From: Pseudobdellovibrionaceae bacterium
Lineage (GTDB): Bacteria > Bdellovibrionota > Bdellovibrionia > Bdellovibrionales > Bdellovibrionaceae
Reading direction: 5' to 3'
Length of the DNA: 21,753 nt
NCBI GenBank assembly: GCA_039810425.1
Contig: JBDHWW010000046.1
Coordinates: 1 to 21,753, forward strand
Shown here one piece after another: positions 1 through 7,760 of this stretch. A program made the position numbers and the translations under genes. How positions within the stretch are numbered: position 1 is the first letter of the stretch; the number at the start of each line of letters is the position of its first letter. The notes beneath the pieces are model-generated. The model saw nothing but the letters and a program-made list of their open reading frames with translations. It had not been told where the DNA came from and did not search any database.

Positions 1-196
1 GGGTTTTTCGCATAAATTTTAAAGAGCAGCTCTAACGCAAATCACATCGCCCGTAAGAGCGCCAAGCCCCTTCGCCCCGAAGCGATCTCTAGCGAAAAAC
101 AAAAAAACAAGGACTCGCCCAAGAACTCGCGCCCAAAGCAAAGCTCCGCACACAAAAATCACGTCAACACGAAATCACACAATTATTAACTGTGAT

Positions 197-376
197 TCTG
201 CCCTCCTGGCAGATGGGGGCCGTCCGCCCCCATTCCCCGGGAAAAGACGGACCATCCGGGTCCGTCTTTATTATCCCAATTAAGCCTAGAACTCCTGATG
301 CGGGAGGCATCAGGAGTAGCGGGAGTTTGAGGGGAGAGCCCTCAACAGACAGGATGTCTGTTTGCAGTGACTCTGC
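197..376. repeat. Array of perfect inverted repeats with 5-nt loops, organised as two head-to-head three-hairpin units (197-269 read on -, 291-361 read on +) plus a small trailing hairpin; candidate structured RNA or ssDNA element
   Basis: TCTGCC-ctcct-GGCAGA (197-213); ATGGGGGC-cgtcc-GCCCCCAT (213-233); AAAGACGGACC-atccg-GGTCCGTCTTT (243-269); ACTCCTGATGC-gggag-GCATCAGGAGT (291-317); TTGAGGG-gagag-CCCTCAA (327-345); AACAGAC-aggat-GTCTGTT (344-362); GCAG-tgact-CTGC (364-376). Confidence 0.85.
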
Positions 377-769
377 GGTAATAAAAAACTCTGCATTCTC
401 CACCAAAGCCTTGATTTCACTTCGCCACATTATCACCAAGCACTCACAGCAACGAGGCCCAATCCTCGCCGCCCACAAAAAAAAGAAAGGGCCGGGGCAA
501 GGAACACAAATGAAAGCGACAAGTGCCGGAGAGATCGACTGAAGCCCCCCCCCCTCCGCCCCTTAGCACAAAACAGCCCCTTCTAAAAAACGCAGAGCTC
601 TTTTCCTTACAATAATACAAGTTGGTATGGGCTTAACTGAACGGTATTAAGCGGCGGCAATGTCGAGTTTTTTGACGATCGGGGAGTGTTTACCGCGCCT
701 TTACGATTTTATTTAATTGTGGAAAAGTGTCCTTTATATTCAGGCTTCATATTAAAAAAGTGAGGGGTT

Positions 770-1381
770 ATGCGTTTAGCGGTTTTGGGTTTGACGGCGG
801 GAGTTTTGGCCCTTTCAGCATGTGCAAAAATTGAAAAAGATGACGGGGCTTGTACACAATCAACCTTGGATTCTTACAATAATATCGTCACACTGGGTCT
901 TGGAACTTACGATAATGGCAATTCCTTGACGGCTTCATGCCAAAAAATTCAGAGCCTTTTAAATGGCCGTTCGTGCAAGGCGCAAAGAGTTTCCTCAGGT
1001 GAAGAATTCTCGATTTCTTATGCTGCAGTTCAAAAGACCTGTGATCCTTTGATCAACAAGAACTCGAATTCTTCGACCCCAGTTCCGGCCCCAAAAAAAT
1101 ATTCCAAATATATTGATGAAGATGGCCGTTGCACAGAGGCTTACAAGTCAGACATTAAAACTCTCCGTAATTACTTAAAGAAATCTATCCAACACAAGTC
1201 TAAAGACATCGCAGACAGCGCGTTTTACCATTGTGCTGCGATGAGAGCTGAGTTCTATGAATTGAGTTGTAAAACATACGATGCTAAGGGCACTAAGTTT
1301 GTTGTGATTTCAGGAAAGGCGGGCGAATTGCCGGGGCTTTGCAGCGACGCTAAACGTCTTTCCGAGCGTTTCAGTAAATAG
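770..1381 (+). CDS. Hypothetical lipoprotein with two tandem 4-Cys domains
   Basis: SD-like GAGGGG before ATG; signal peptide with lipobox LSA-C18; eight further Cys in two similar blocks. Confidence 0.8.
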   Translation: MRLAVLGLTAGVLALSACAKIEKDDGACTQSTLDSYNNIVTLGLGTYDNGNSLTASCQKIQSLLNGRSCKAQRVSSGEEFSISYAAVQKTCDPLINKNSNSSTPVPAPKKYSKYIDEDGRCTEAYKSDIKTLRNYLKKSIQHKSKDIADSAFYHCAAMRAEFYELSCKTYDAKGTKFVVISGKAGELPGLCSDAKRLSERFSK

Positions 1382-1413
1382 CTTTCGTTTTCCCTGAGAA
1401 TTGATTTTCTGTG

Positions 1414-1435
1414 GCGGGGCTTAAATCAGCCCCGC
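1414..1435. terminator. GC-rich hairpin at the junction of convergent genes, overlapping the ppx stop
   Basis: GCGGGGCT-taaatc-AGCCCCGC, an 8-bp stem. No U-tract follows on either strand, so a terminator role is uncertain. Confidence 0.3.
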
Positions 1436-2335
1436 AGTAGACCAAAGCAATCCATCGCGAAGGCCTACCTTGGGAATAACTATCTTTTCTACGTGCGCCT
1501 GACGGAGCGCCGTTAACACGATCAGTGTTGCGGGCAGGATGACATCGGCTCGGTCTGGACGCAATTCTAATTTTTCCATACGATCTTTATAACTCAAAGA
1601 CTTTAGTTTCTCGGCGATGTCGTTGAGTTCGCGCAGAGTTATGTAAGTCGCCGGAGTTTTTTTCAGAATCCGCGCTTTGAGTTGAGCCATGCACTCTAAG
1701 TTGCCGCCGGTCCCCACGGCAAAATGCAATGGTCCCGCGGCAATATGGGAATCCATATAGCTGGTCAGCGGTGCCACGAATTCTCCCATAATCACGTTGA
1801 TTTGATTTTCATTCAGTTTGCGGCGGTTCATTTGATCTAAAACGCGCACCGTTCCCATTGGAAAGCTTTCGGTGGCGCTCATCATTCCATTTTCGGAAAA
1901 GGTGATTTCAACGCTGCCGCCGCCGACATCGACAGACAAAATGCGTTTGTTTGCAAGATCAATCTCTTTGCGGATTGCATTGTGAATAAGGCGAGCTTCT
2001 TCGACGCCGTCGATGACTTCGATTTGAATCTTGGACGCGGCAAAAATGTTTTTAACAAAGAGCGCTTTGTTTTTCGCTTCGCGAACGGCGCTGGTCGCAA
2101 CCGCGCGGCAGCGGGTGACTTTGAATTGGCGGTTGGTTTTTGCAAATGTTTTAAAGGCTTCTTCGGCTTCGGCCAGATTTTTGGCGGAGATCTCGCCGTT
2201 CTGGAAAACATCTTTGCCAAGGCGAACGGGCGCTCGCAGCTTTTTGATGATTTTCATCTCTGAATTTTCCAATTCACCGACGATCATGCGAATGGCATTG
2301 GAGCCGATATCAATAGCAGAAAATTTTGCGCCCAT
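1421..2335 (-). CDS. ppx: Ppx/GppA family exopolyphosphatase, short form without C-terminal HD domain
   Basis: ASKHA motifs AIDIGSNAIR, VRLG, ATSAVREAKN, IDGVEEARL, DVGGGSVE, GTGG, RADVI, GLRDG; 304 aa; next to phoUBR. Confidence 0.93.
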   Translation of the reverse strand: MGAKFSAIDIGSNAIRMIVGELENSEMKIIKKLRAPVRLGKDVFQNGEISAKNLAEAEEAFKTFAKTNRQFKVTRCRAVATSAVREAKNKALFVKNIFAASKIQIEVIDGVEEARLIHNAIRKEIDLANKRILSVDVGGGSVEITFSENGMMSATESFPMGTVRVLDQMNRRKLNENQINVIMGEFVAPLTSYMDSHIAAGPLHFAVGTGGNLECMAQLKARILKKTPATYITLRELNDIAEKLKSLSYKDRMEKLELRPDRADVILPATLIVLTALRQAHVEKIVIPKVGLRDGLLWSTAGLI

Positions 2336-2379
2336 GGGAATAGCTTGCGACAGAGTTTAAACAGTGTCAGCATGAGTTT

Positions 2380-3435
2380 ATGAAAAAATTCAAAATTTAC
2401 ATCTTTTTGACTCTTTTTTGGGGCTTGAGTGCGAAGTCTTTTGCCGTCGCTGACGTGGGTTTTTCCGGAGAGCTGGATGTCGCCTTCACCTACAAACAAT
2501 TGCCGACCCGCGATCAAGGGGTGACGGCGTTTTCCATTCCACGATTGAACCTCGATATTGAGGCGCCCCTTCGGGACAACAACGAGATTTTTTTGCAGCT
2601 TGAGACATCTGAGTATCGTGACGGCGTTTCCAGCCGTTTTGATACGCAACTCAAAGAAGGCTATCTGAGTCTGACCAGTATTTTGCCGCCAAGGTCTGAG
2701 TTGCGCTACGGTTTGATTCCGGATTTCTACATCGAACTTCAGCGCGAACAATGGGACTACGATTTCTGGGGTGCCGTTAGCCAGGTGCCGATGATTAAGT
2801 ACAAGTACGCGGCATGGTCCGACTTAGGGGCGATGTATCAAGGGGAATTGCCTGATGATCTAGGACAATGGGCCTTGAGTTTCACTAACGGCGAAGGTTA
2901 CCAGAGGGATGAAACCGGTCCTCGTAAACAGGTCCAGCTGCTTTTCGGCTTTACAAAGGCGGCGCCATTTTATGCGATGCTTGCATACACCTACGGCGCC
3001 TATGACGCCTATGACAGCAGTTTTAACAAGAAAACCCGTCTGGCCGTGAACTTGAGTTATGAGTTCACCGCTGGGTTGCTCGCCCTTGAGTACTACGCGA
3101 CTCAAGATCCTGCGGATGCGGTCTCGGGGAACATGGCGGCGGCGGTCGACGTGACGGCTCTGCATGGCACGGTGGTGGATGGCGAAGGCGCGAGCTTGTT
3201 CGGGCGTTGGGACATGACTGAAAAAGCAGATCTCTTTATCCGTTTAGACTATCTTACGCCGGTGAAGCCAGAGAAGAATAAAAATCTGAAGGCTGTTTCG
3301 GGTGGGGTGTCCTATGACTCGAGCGAAGACATCCGTTGGGGGTTGGCTTACGAGTATTCGGATTACAGCGAGGACTTCTCGCCATCTATTCGCGACGAAA
3401 GCCAGCTAGTTTTAGCGACAAGAGTCAGTTTTTAG
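2380..3435 (+). CDS. Outer-membrane beta-barrel porin, probably phosphate-selective OprO/OprP-like
   Basis: Signal peptide (..SFA); amphipathic beta strands; C-terminal Phe (RVSF); segments FSIPRLNL, LKEGYL, SDLGAMY, SFTNGEG resemble the Porin O/P pattern; located between ppx and phoU. Confidence 0.7.
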   Translation: MKKFKIYIFLTLFWGLSAKSFAVADVGFSGELDVAFTYKQLPTRDQGVTAFSIPRLNLDIEAPLRDNNEIFLQLETSEYRDGVSSRFDTQLKEGYLSLTSILPPRSELRYGLIPDFYIELQREQWDYDFWGAVSQVPMIKYKYAAWSDLGAMYQGELPDDLGQWALSFTNGEGYQRDETGPRKQVQLLFGFTKAAPFYAMLAYTYGAYDAYDSSFNKKTRLAVNLSYEFTAGLLALEYYATQDPADAVSGNMAAAVDVTALHGTVVDGEGASLFGRWDMTEKADLFIRLDYLTPVKPEKNKNLKAVSGGVSYDSSEDIRWGLAYEYSDYSEDFSPSIRDESQLVLATRVSF

Positions 3436-3442
3436 AGGAAAA

Positions 3443-3482
3443 CTGTCAGGTTTTTGTTAGAATCCTGTAGGGATTTTCTCAG
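3443..3482 (+). promoter_or_regulatory. Pho-box-like direct repeats upstream of phoU
   Basis: CTGTCAG (3443), TTGTTAG (3454), CTGTAGG (3465), TTCTCAG (3476) at exact 11-bp period; the E. coli half-site is CTGTCAT with 11-bp period. Confidence 0.6.
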
Positions 3483-3584
3483 GGTCTGTTGACGCGCTCC
3501 ATTTGAAGAAAATGAAATGCCAGGGACTTCTGAGTGTATTTGCTTTTTAAAATCAATTTCAGTAAGTAGAGGTCAGGAGTTAGC

Positions 3585-4247
3585 GTGGAAAGAACAATGG
3601 ATTCGCAATTAGACGAACTCAAGCGACTTATTCTTGTAATGGGTGGCCATGTTGAACGAGCTCTGAACGAAGCCACGAACGCTTTGATGTCTCGCAATAT
3701 AGACAGTTTCGCCCAAGTTCACGACATTGAGAAAAAAATTAACGAAGGGCATATTGCCGTCGACAATGCCTGCCTGGCGGTTCTTGCAAAACAAGGTCCT
3801 GTAGCGAAAGATCTTCGTTTGATTCTTTCCATCGTTAAAATCAACACCGATCTTGAGCGCATGGGCGATCAATGCGTGAACATCGCATACACCGGAAAAG
3901 ACTATTGTGGCCGTAAGCCTCTACAAAACCTCGATGATATCAGCCGTATGTCGAATGTGGTGCGCGCGATGGTGAAGGAATCTTTGGATTGCTTTGTACG
4001 TGGAGATGTGGAGCTGGCAAAGAAAATTTTAATGATGGACGACGAAGTCGATGGTTTGAAAAACAAAGTTTTCAAAGATCAACTCAGTCACATGAAAACG
4101 GCTTCTCAAGATGTGGAAGCTTCCTTGGATCTCATTCTTGTGGCCCGAAACTTAGAACGTCTCGGCGACCACGCGACCAATATTGCTGAAGATGTTATTT
4201 TTGCGTTCACAGGTAAGGATGTCAGACATGGTGGGAAATACACTTGA
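3585..4247 (+). CDS. phoU: Phosphate signalling complex protein PhoU
   Basis: AGGAG then GTG; two PhoU repeats (PVAKDLR..DLERMGDQ; DDEVDG..RNLERLGDHATNIAE). Confidence 0.96.
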   Translation: MERTMDSQLDELKRLILVMGGHVERALNEATNALMSRNIDSFAQVHDIEKKINEGHIAVDNACLAVLAKQGPVAKDLRLILSIVKINTDLERMGDQCVNIAYTGKDYCGRKPLQNLDDISRMSNVVRAMVKESLDCFVRGDVELAKKILMMDDEVDGLKNKVFKDQLSHMKTASQDVEASLDLILVARNLERLGDHATNIAEDVIFAFTGKDVRHGGKYT

Positions 4248-4944
4248 TTCCAGCGCCGCAATCTTAGTGGTGGAGGATGAACAGGAAATTCGCGAACTGA
4301 TGGCTTTGCACTTGCTCCGTCAAGGCTTTAAAGTCAGAGAGTGTGCTTCGGCTGAAGAGGCTCAGAGCGAAATCCAAAAGCAAAAGTTTCATCTTGTCAT
4401 CCTGGATTGGATGCTTCCTGGAATCAGTGGACATGATTTTCTACAACAGGTTAAAAAAACCTCGAACGCGCCGAATGTTTTGATGGTGACGGCGAAGACG
4501 GAGCCCCAAGACATCGTGACCGGCCTTGAGAGCGGCGCCGATGACTATCTCACAAAACCCTTTGATCCGGGTGTCTTTATGGCGCGCGTGCGCGCACTGC
4601 TTCGCCGATCAAGCCTGCAAAATGCCCCATTCACGAAGGAGTCTGAGTGTATCCAGTTCGCGGGCCTCAGCGTGAATTTCAAAACTTATGAGGTGAAGCT
4701 AAATGACGAAACTTTGCACCTGACGCCGTCGGAGTTCAAACTTCTGGGCCAGCTGCTTGAAAGCCGGGGCCGCGTGTTGACCCGCGATCAATTGATTGAA
4801 AATATTCAGGGTGAAGGAATTAACGTCACCGGCCGCACCATCGACACTCATGTCTTTGGTCTTCGTAAGAAGCTCGGGGCGTGGAGTGATAACATCGAGA
4901 CCATCCGTGGTGTCGGTTATCGCGTGAAGATGGACTCCCAATAA
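4228..4944 (+). CDS. phoB: OmpR/PhoB-family response regulator PhoB (ORF track start 4183; ATG 4228 preferred)
   Basis: Receiver motifs VVEDE, LDWMLPG, VTAK, GADDYLTKPF; winged helix LTPSEFKLL, RTIDTHVFGLRKKL, IETIRGVGY; AAGGA at 4215-4219; between phoU and a histidine kinase. Confidence 0.9.
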   Translation: MVGNTLDSSAAILVVEDEQEIRELMALHLLRQGFKVRECASAEEAQSEIQKQKFHLVILDWMLPGISGHDFLQQVKKTSNAPNVLMVTAKTEPQDIVTGLESGADDYLTKPFDPGVFMARVRALLRRSSLQNAPFTKESECIQFAGLSVNFKTYEVKLNDETLHLTPSEFKLLGQLLESRGRVLTRDQLIENIQGEGINVTGRTIDTHVFGLRKKLGAWSDNIETIRGVGYRVKMDSQ

Positions 4945-6383
4945 TGAATTTAGCGCGATTCCCTTGGAGACTTTTCTGGCAATTTTATTTTATCCAAGTT
5001 GTTCTTTACAACTTGGTCTTTATTGTCACCCTGGGAATCGTCGGCACTTACCGGCCGTTCGGCTCGGGATACTTCTGGTCTATTATTTTGCAATATGGCT
5101 TTGTGACCTTGCTGCTGGCGGCGGGCATCGCGTGGCGGTTTACGCGCCCACTGCATAAGATCATCCTCAAGGCCTTCCGGGTGGCCAGTAAGAAGTTTGA
5201 AAATCAGAGCGAAGACGACGAGGATCTTCTTGATGAAGAACTCGGCGAGTACGCGCAAATCGAGAACGCTTTGAATCGCATTCACCGTAAAATCAAAAAG
5301 CGCCGTGATCAATTGCAGCAAGAGCGTGAAGAGACCCAGGCCTTCATGAGCGCGGTGGAAGAGGGCATCATCAGCGTCAGCACGGATTTGCGTATTTTGT
5401 ATTTTAATTCGCAGTTCGCGACACAGTTTATGGACTCAAAGCAAATTCAAAGTGCGATGACTTTGGCGGATATTTTTCGTTACCCTGAAATTCACGACGC
5501 GTTCCTACGAGCCTTGAATGAAGGCCGCGGTTTTCGCGTGCAGGTAAAGCTTGAAACGAAGCTTGAGAAAAATATTCGTTACTTCTGGGTGTCGGTGAAT
5601 CCGCTCCGCAAAAGTAAAAGCAATGAGGTCTATGGTGCCATGGGGATCTTCCATGACATCACCGAGCTGAAAAAAGCCGAGTTGGTGCGGATTGAGTTTG
5701 TCGGCAATGCCTCGCACGAGCTCAGAACCCCGCTGACGTCGATCAAGGGATATGTTGATACCTTGAAAACTGACGTGAATAGAGGAAACTTTGATCATAC
5801 GGTGAAGTTTGTGGATATTATCTCTCGCAATGTGGAACGTCTGGCTGATTTGGTCAATGACCTTTTAAGCATTTCCGCTTTGGAGTCCAACCCTGAAATC
5901 AAATTCGAGCCTGTAAATCCCCTTGAGGTTTCTGAGCACATTGTTTCGGAATTCGCGCCGATGATGCGGGACAAGAATCAGGCGGTGATGGTGGTCGGTG
6001 CTCAAGAGGTGACAAGTTTCAATGCCGATGTCCGCAAGGTTGAGCAAGTTTTGCGCAACCTGGTTTCTAATGCCGTCAAGTACATCGGCGCCGATAGAAC
6101 CGTGCAAATCCGTTGGGAAAAAGGCGGAGAGGGAGCTGTTGTCCTCCGCGTTCTTGATAATGGCCCTGGAATTCCACCGGAGTATCACGATCGTTTGTTT
6201 GAGAGGTTCTACCGCATCGACAAAGGCCGTTCGCGCGAGGCCGGCGGGACCGGCCTGGGCTTAGCGATTGTAAAGCATATTATGCAGAGCCACGGCGGCT
6301 CTGTGCAAGTCCAAAGCGAAATGGGCAAAGGTTCTGAATTTATTTGCACTTTCCCTCTGAAAAATGTTTCATCTAAGTCTTAG
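4944..6383 (+). CDS. phoR: Sensor histidine kinase PhoR (2 TM, PAS-like, HisKA, HATPase)
   Basis: TAATG coupling to phoB; H-box NASHELRTPLTSIKGY; N-box NLVSNAVKY; DNGPGI; FERFYR; GGTGLGLAIVKH. Confidence 0.92.
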   Translation: MNLARFPWRLFWQFYFIQVVLYNLVFIVTLGIVGTYRPFGSGYFWSIILQYGFVTLLLAAGIAWRFTRPLHKIILKAFRVASKKFENQSEDDEDLLDEELGEYAQIENALNRIHRKIKKRRDQLQQEREETQAFMSAVEEGIISVSTDLRILYFNSQFATQFMDSKQIQSAMTLADIFRYPEIHDAFLRALNEGRGFRVQVKLETKLEKNIRYFWVSVNPLRKSKSNEVYGAMGIFHDITELKKAELVRIEFVGNASHELRTPLTSIKGYVDTLKTDVNRGNFDHTVKFVDIISRNVERLADLVNDLLSISALESNPEIKFEPVNPLEVSEHIVSEFAPMMRDKNQAVMVVGAQEVTSFNADVRKVEQVLRNLVSNAVKYIGADRTVQIRWEKGGEGAVVLRVLDNGPGIPPEYHDRLFERFYRIDKGRSREAGGTGLGLAIVKHIMQSHGGSVQVQSEMGKGSEFICTFPLKNVSSKS

Positions 6384-6391
6384 GACTTGGA

Positions 6392-7270
6392 ATGAAAGAA
6401 AATTTTTATCAGCATTTTGAAAAGATCTATGGGACACGTTGGGGCGATCTGTATGATGCTCTGAAGGCACCAGAACGCCAAGTTGCGCGCATAAATCTTT
6501 TAAGCTCTGCACAGTCCGTGGTGTTGGAAAATGCGGCTCCGGCTCATCCTGCGCTCCATCACTCTTACTGGGTGCCTTTACAGGCTTTTTATCAGCCCGA
6601 GCGCACTCCGGAAGATCTTTTGAATGTCTACATTATGGATCCTGCCAGCGTGATTGTCGCGCGTGCGCTTGAAGTTGAAGACGGCGATCGTGTTTTGGAT
6701 ATGTGCGCGGCGCCCGGTGGCAAGACATTGATTCTGATTGAAGGTTTAAAAAACTCTGGAGAAATTTTCGCCAATGATTTGTCGCCGGAACGTCGCGAGC
6801 GTCTAAAAAAAGTAATACAGCAATATGTGCCGCGAAGTATTCGGGACCGTGTCTGGGTGACGGGTAGGGACGGCGTGCAGTTTGGCCTTAAAGAACCCAA
6901 TAGTTTCGATCGCATCTTGCTGGATGCTCCCTGCTCAGGTGAGCGCCATGTGCTTGAAAACAAGAAGGCTGCGGACGAGTGGAGTCCTCGTCGTGGTGAA
7001 AATCTGGCCACGCGCCAGTATGCGCTCTTAGCCGGCGCCCTGCTTGCGGCAAAGCCGGGGGGGCGCATCGTCTACTCCACGTGTAGTATCAACCCCGATG
7101 AAAACGACGGAGTGATACACAAACTTTTAAAGAAGAAAAAAGACTACGTGACGTTGATTCCGCAAGAGACGACTGAAATCGGTGAAAAGACCCAATATGG
7201 CGTGGCATTTATGCCGGATCGCTGTGGTTTTGGGCCGCTTTATTATTCCGTGATCGAAAAGAATCCCTAA
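6392..7270 (+). CDS. RsmB/NOP/NSUN-family RNA cytosine-C5 methyltransferase
   Basis: Motif I [12 protein letters not shown]; motif IV DAPCSG; motif VI YSTCS; both catalytic Cys present; no NusB or PUA domain. Confidence 0.92.
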   Translation: [292 protein letters not shown]

Positions 7271-7289
7271 TCATTTTTCCGCATTGATT

Positions 7290-7760
7290 TCAGTAAATTT
7301 GTTGGCATGTGCTTGAAACCCGGAAGAGGATGTTGGTTGTCGAATAGTCCAAGGGAGTTGAAGGGGTATACGCATTTTGTACGAGGGAATCGGCGCAGCT
7401 CAGCGATTCTAGCGCTTGGTGACAGTATTGGTAGTTCGTGAGATTGGTCGGCAATGTGCCATTGGCGACGTTCTCGCCTATTTCGCTCATGGTATCGTAA
7501 GTAGCGGCCGTAGCACCTAGCTCGCTTGTGTACCCATTCAAAGACATAATTTGAAAGTAGCAACGAGTGACAGAGGATCGCGCATAGCACGTGCTGATCT
7601 TTCCACAGATTTGCACGGCCAGAAAGTAAATTGAAGGAGGCTGTTCTGTCCCAGCATTAGGGTTGCCAATGAGTCCAGGGTTGCCGGTGTTTGTTCCTGG
7701 AGAAAGCAAACACGCGGAGAGGCAAAGCGGTAATACAATGATGGCTAAAAACGTTTTCAT
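7290..7760 (-). CDS. Hypothetical Cys-rich lipoprotein
   Basis: Lipobox LSA-C, then a GTNTGNP low-complexity tether and six Cys; ATGA overlap with the upstream TIGR02147 gene. Confidence 0.8.
   Translation of the reverse strand: MKTFLAIIVLPLCLSACLLSPGTNTGNPGLIGNPNAGTEQPPSIYFLAVQICGKISTCYARSSVTRCYFQIMSLNGYTSELGATAATYDTMSEIGENVANGTLPTNLTNYQYCHQALESLSCADSLVQNAYTPSTPLDYSTTNILFRVSSTCQQIY

Noticed and set aside
1..13. Minus-strand ATG at 11-13 (MRKT...)
   Set aside because: Only four codons are visible and there is no clear SD; needs the adjacent sequence.
197..376. Array as CRISPR, tRNA, SRP/6S/RNase P RNA, attC sites or simple terminators
   Set aside because: No identical direct repeats with spacers, no cas or integrase gene, no cloverleaf or hallmark motifs; most stems lack U-tracts and no gene ends nearby.
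164..542. ORFs 164-478 (-) and 192-542 (+)
   Set aside because: They overlap each other across the hairpin array, lack an RBS or recognisable motifs, and their composition is explained by DNA skew and palindromes.
600..730. oriC or dif at the skew switch
   Set aside because: Only one DnaA-box match (TGTGGAAAA, 718-726), no box cluster or dnaA/dnaN/gidA context, and no XerC/XerD dif match.
5206..5250. Acidic patch EDDEDLLDEELGE in PhoR
   Set aside because: Probably a variable HAMP-region linker; nothing supports a specific function.
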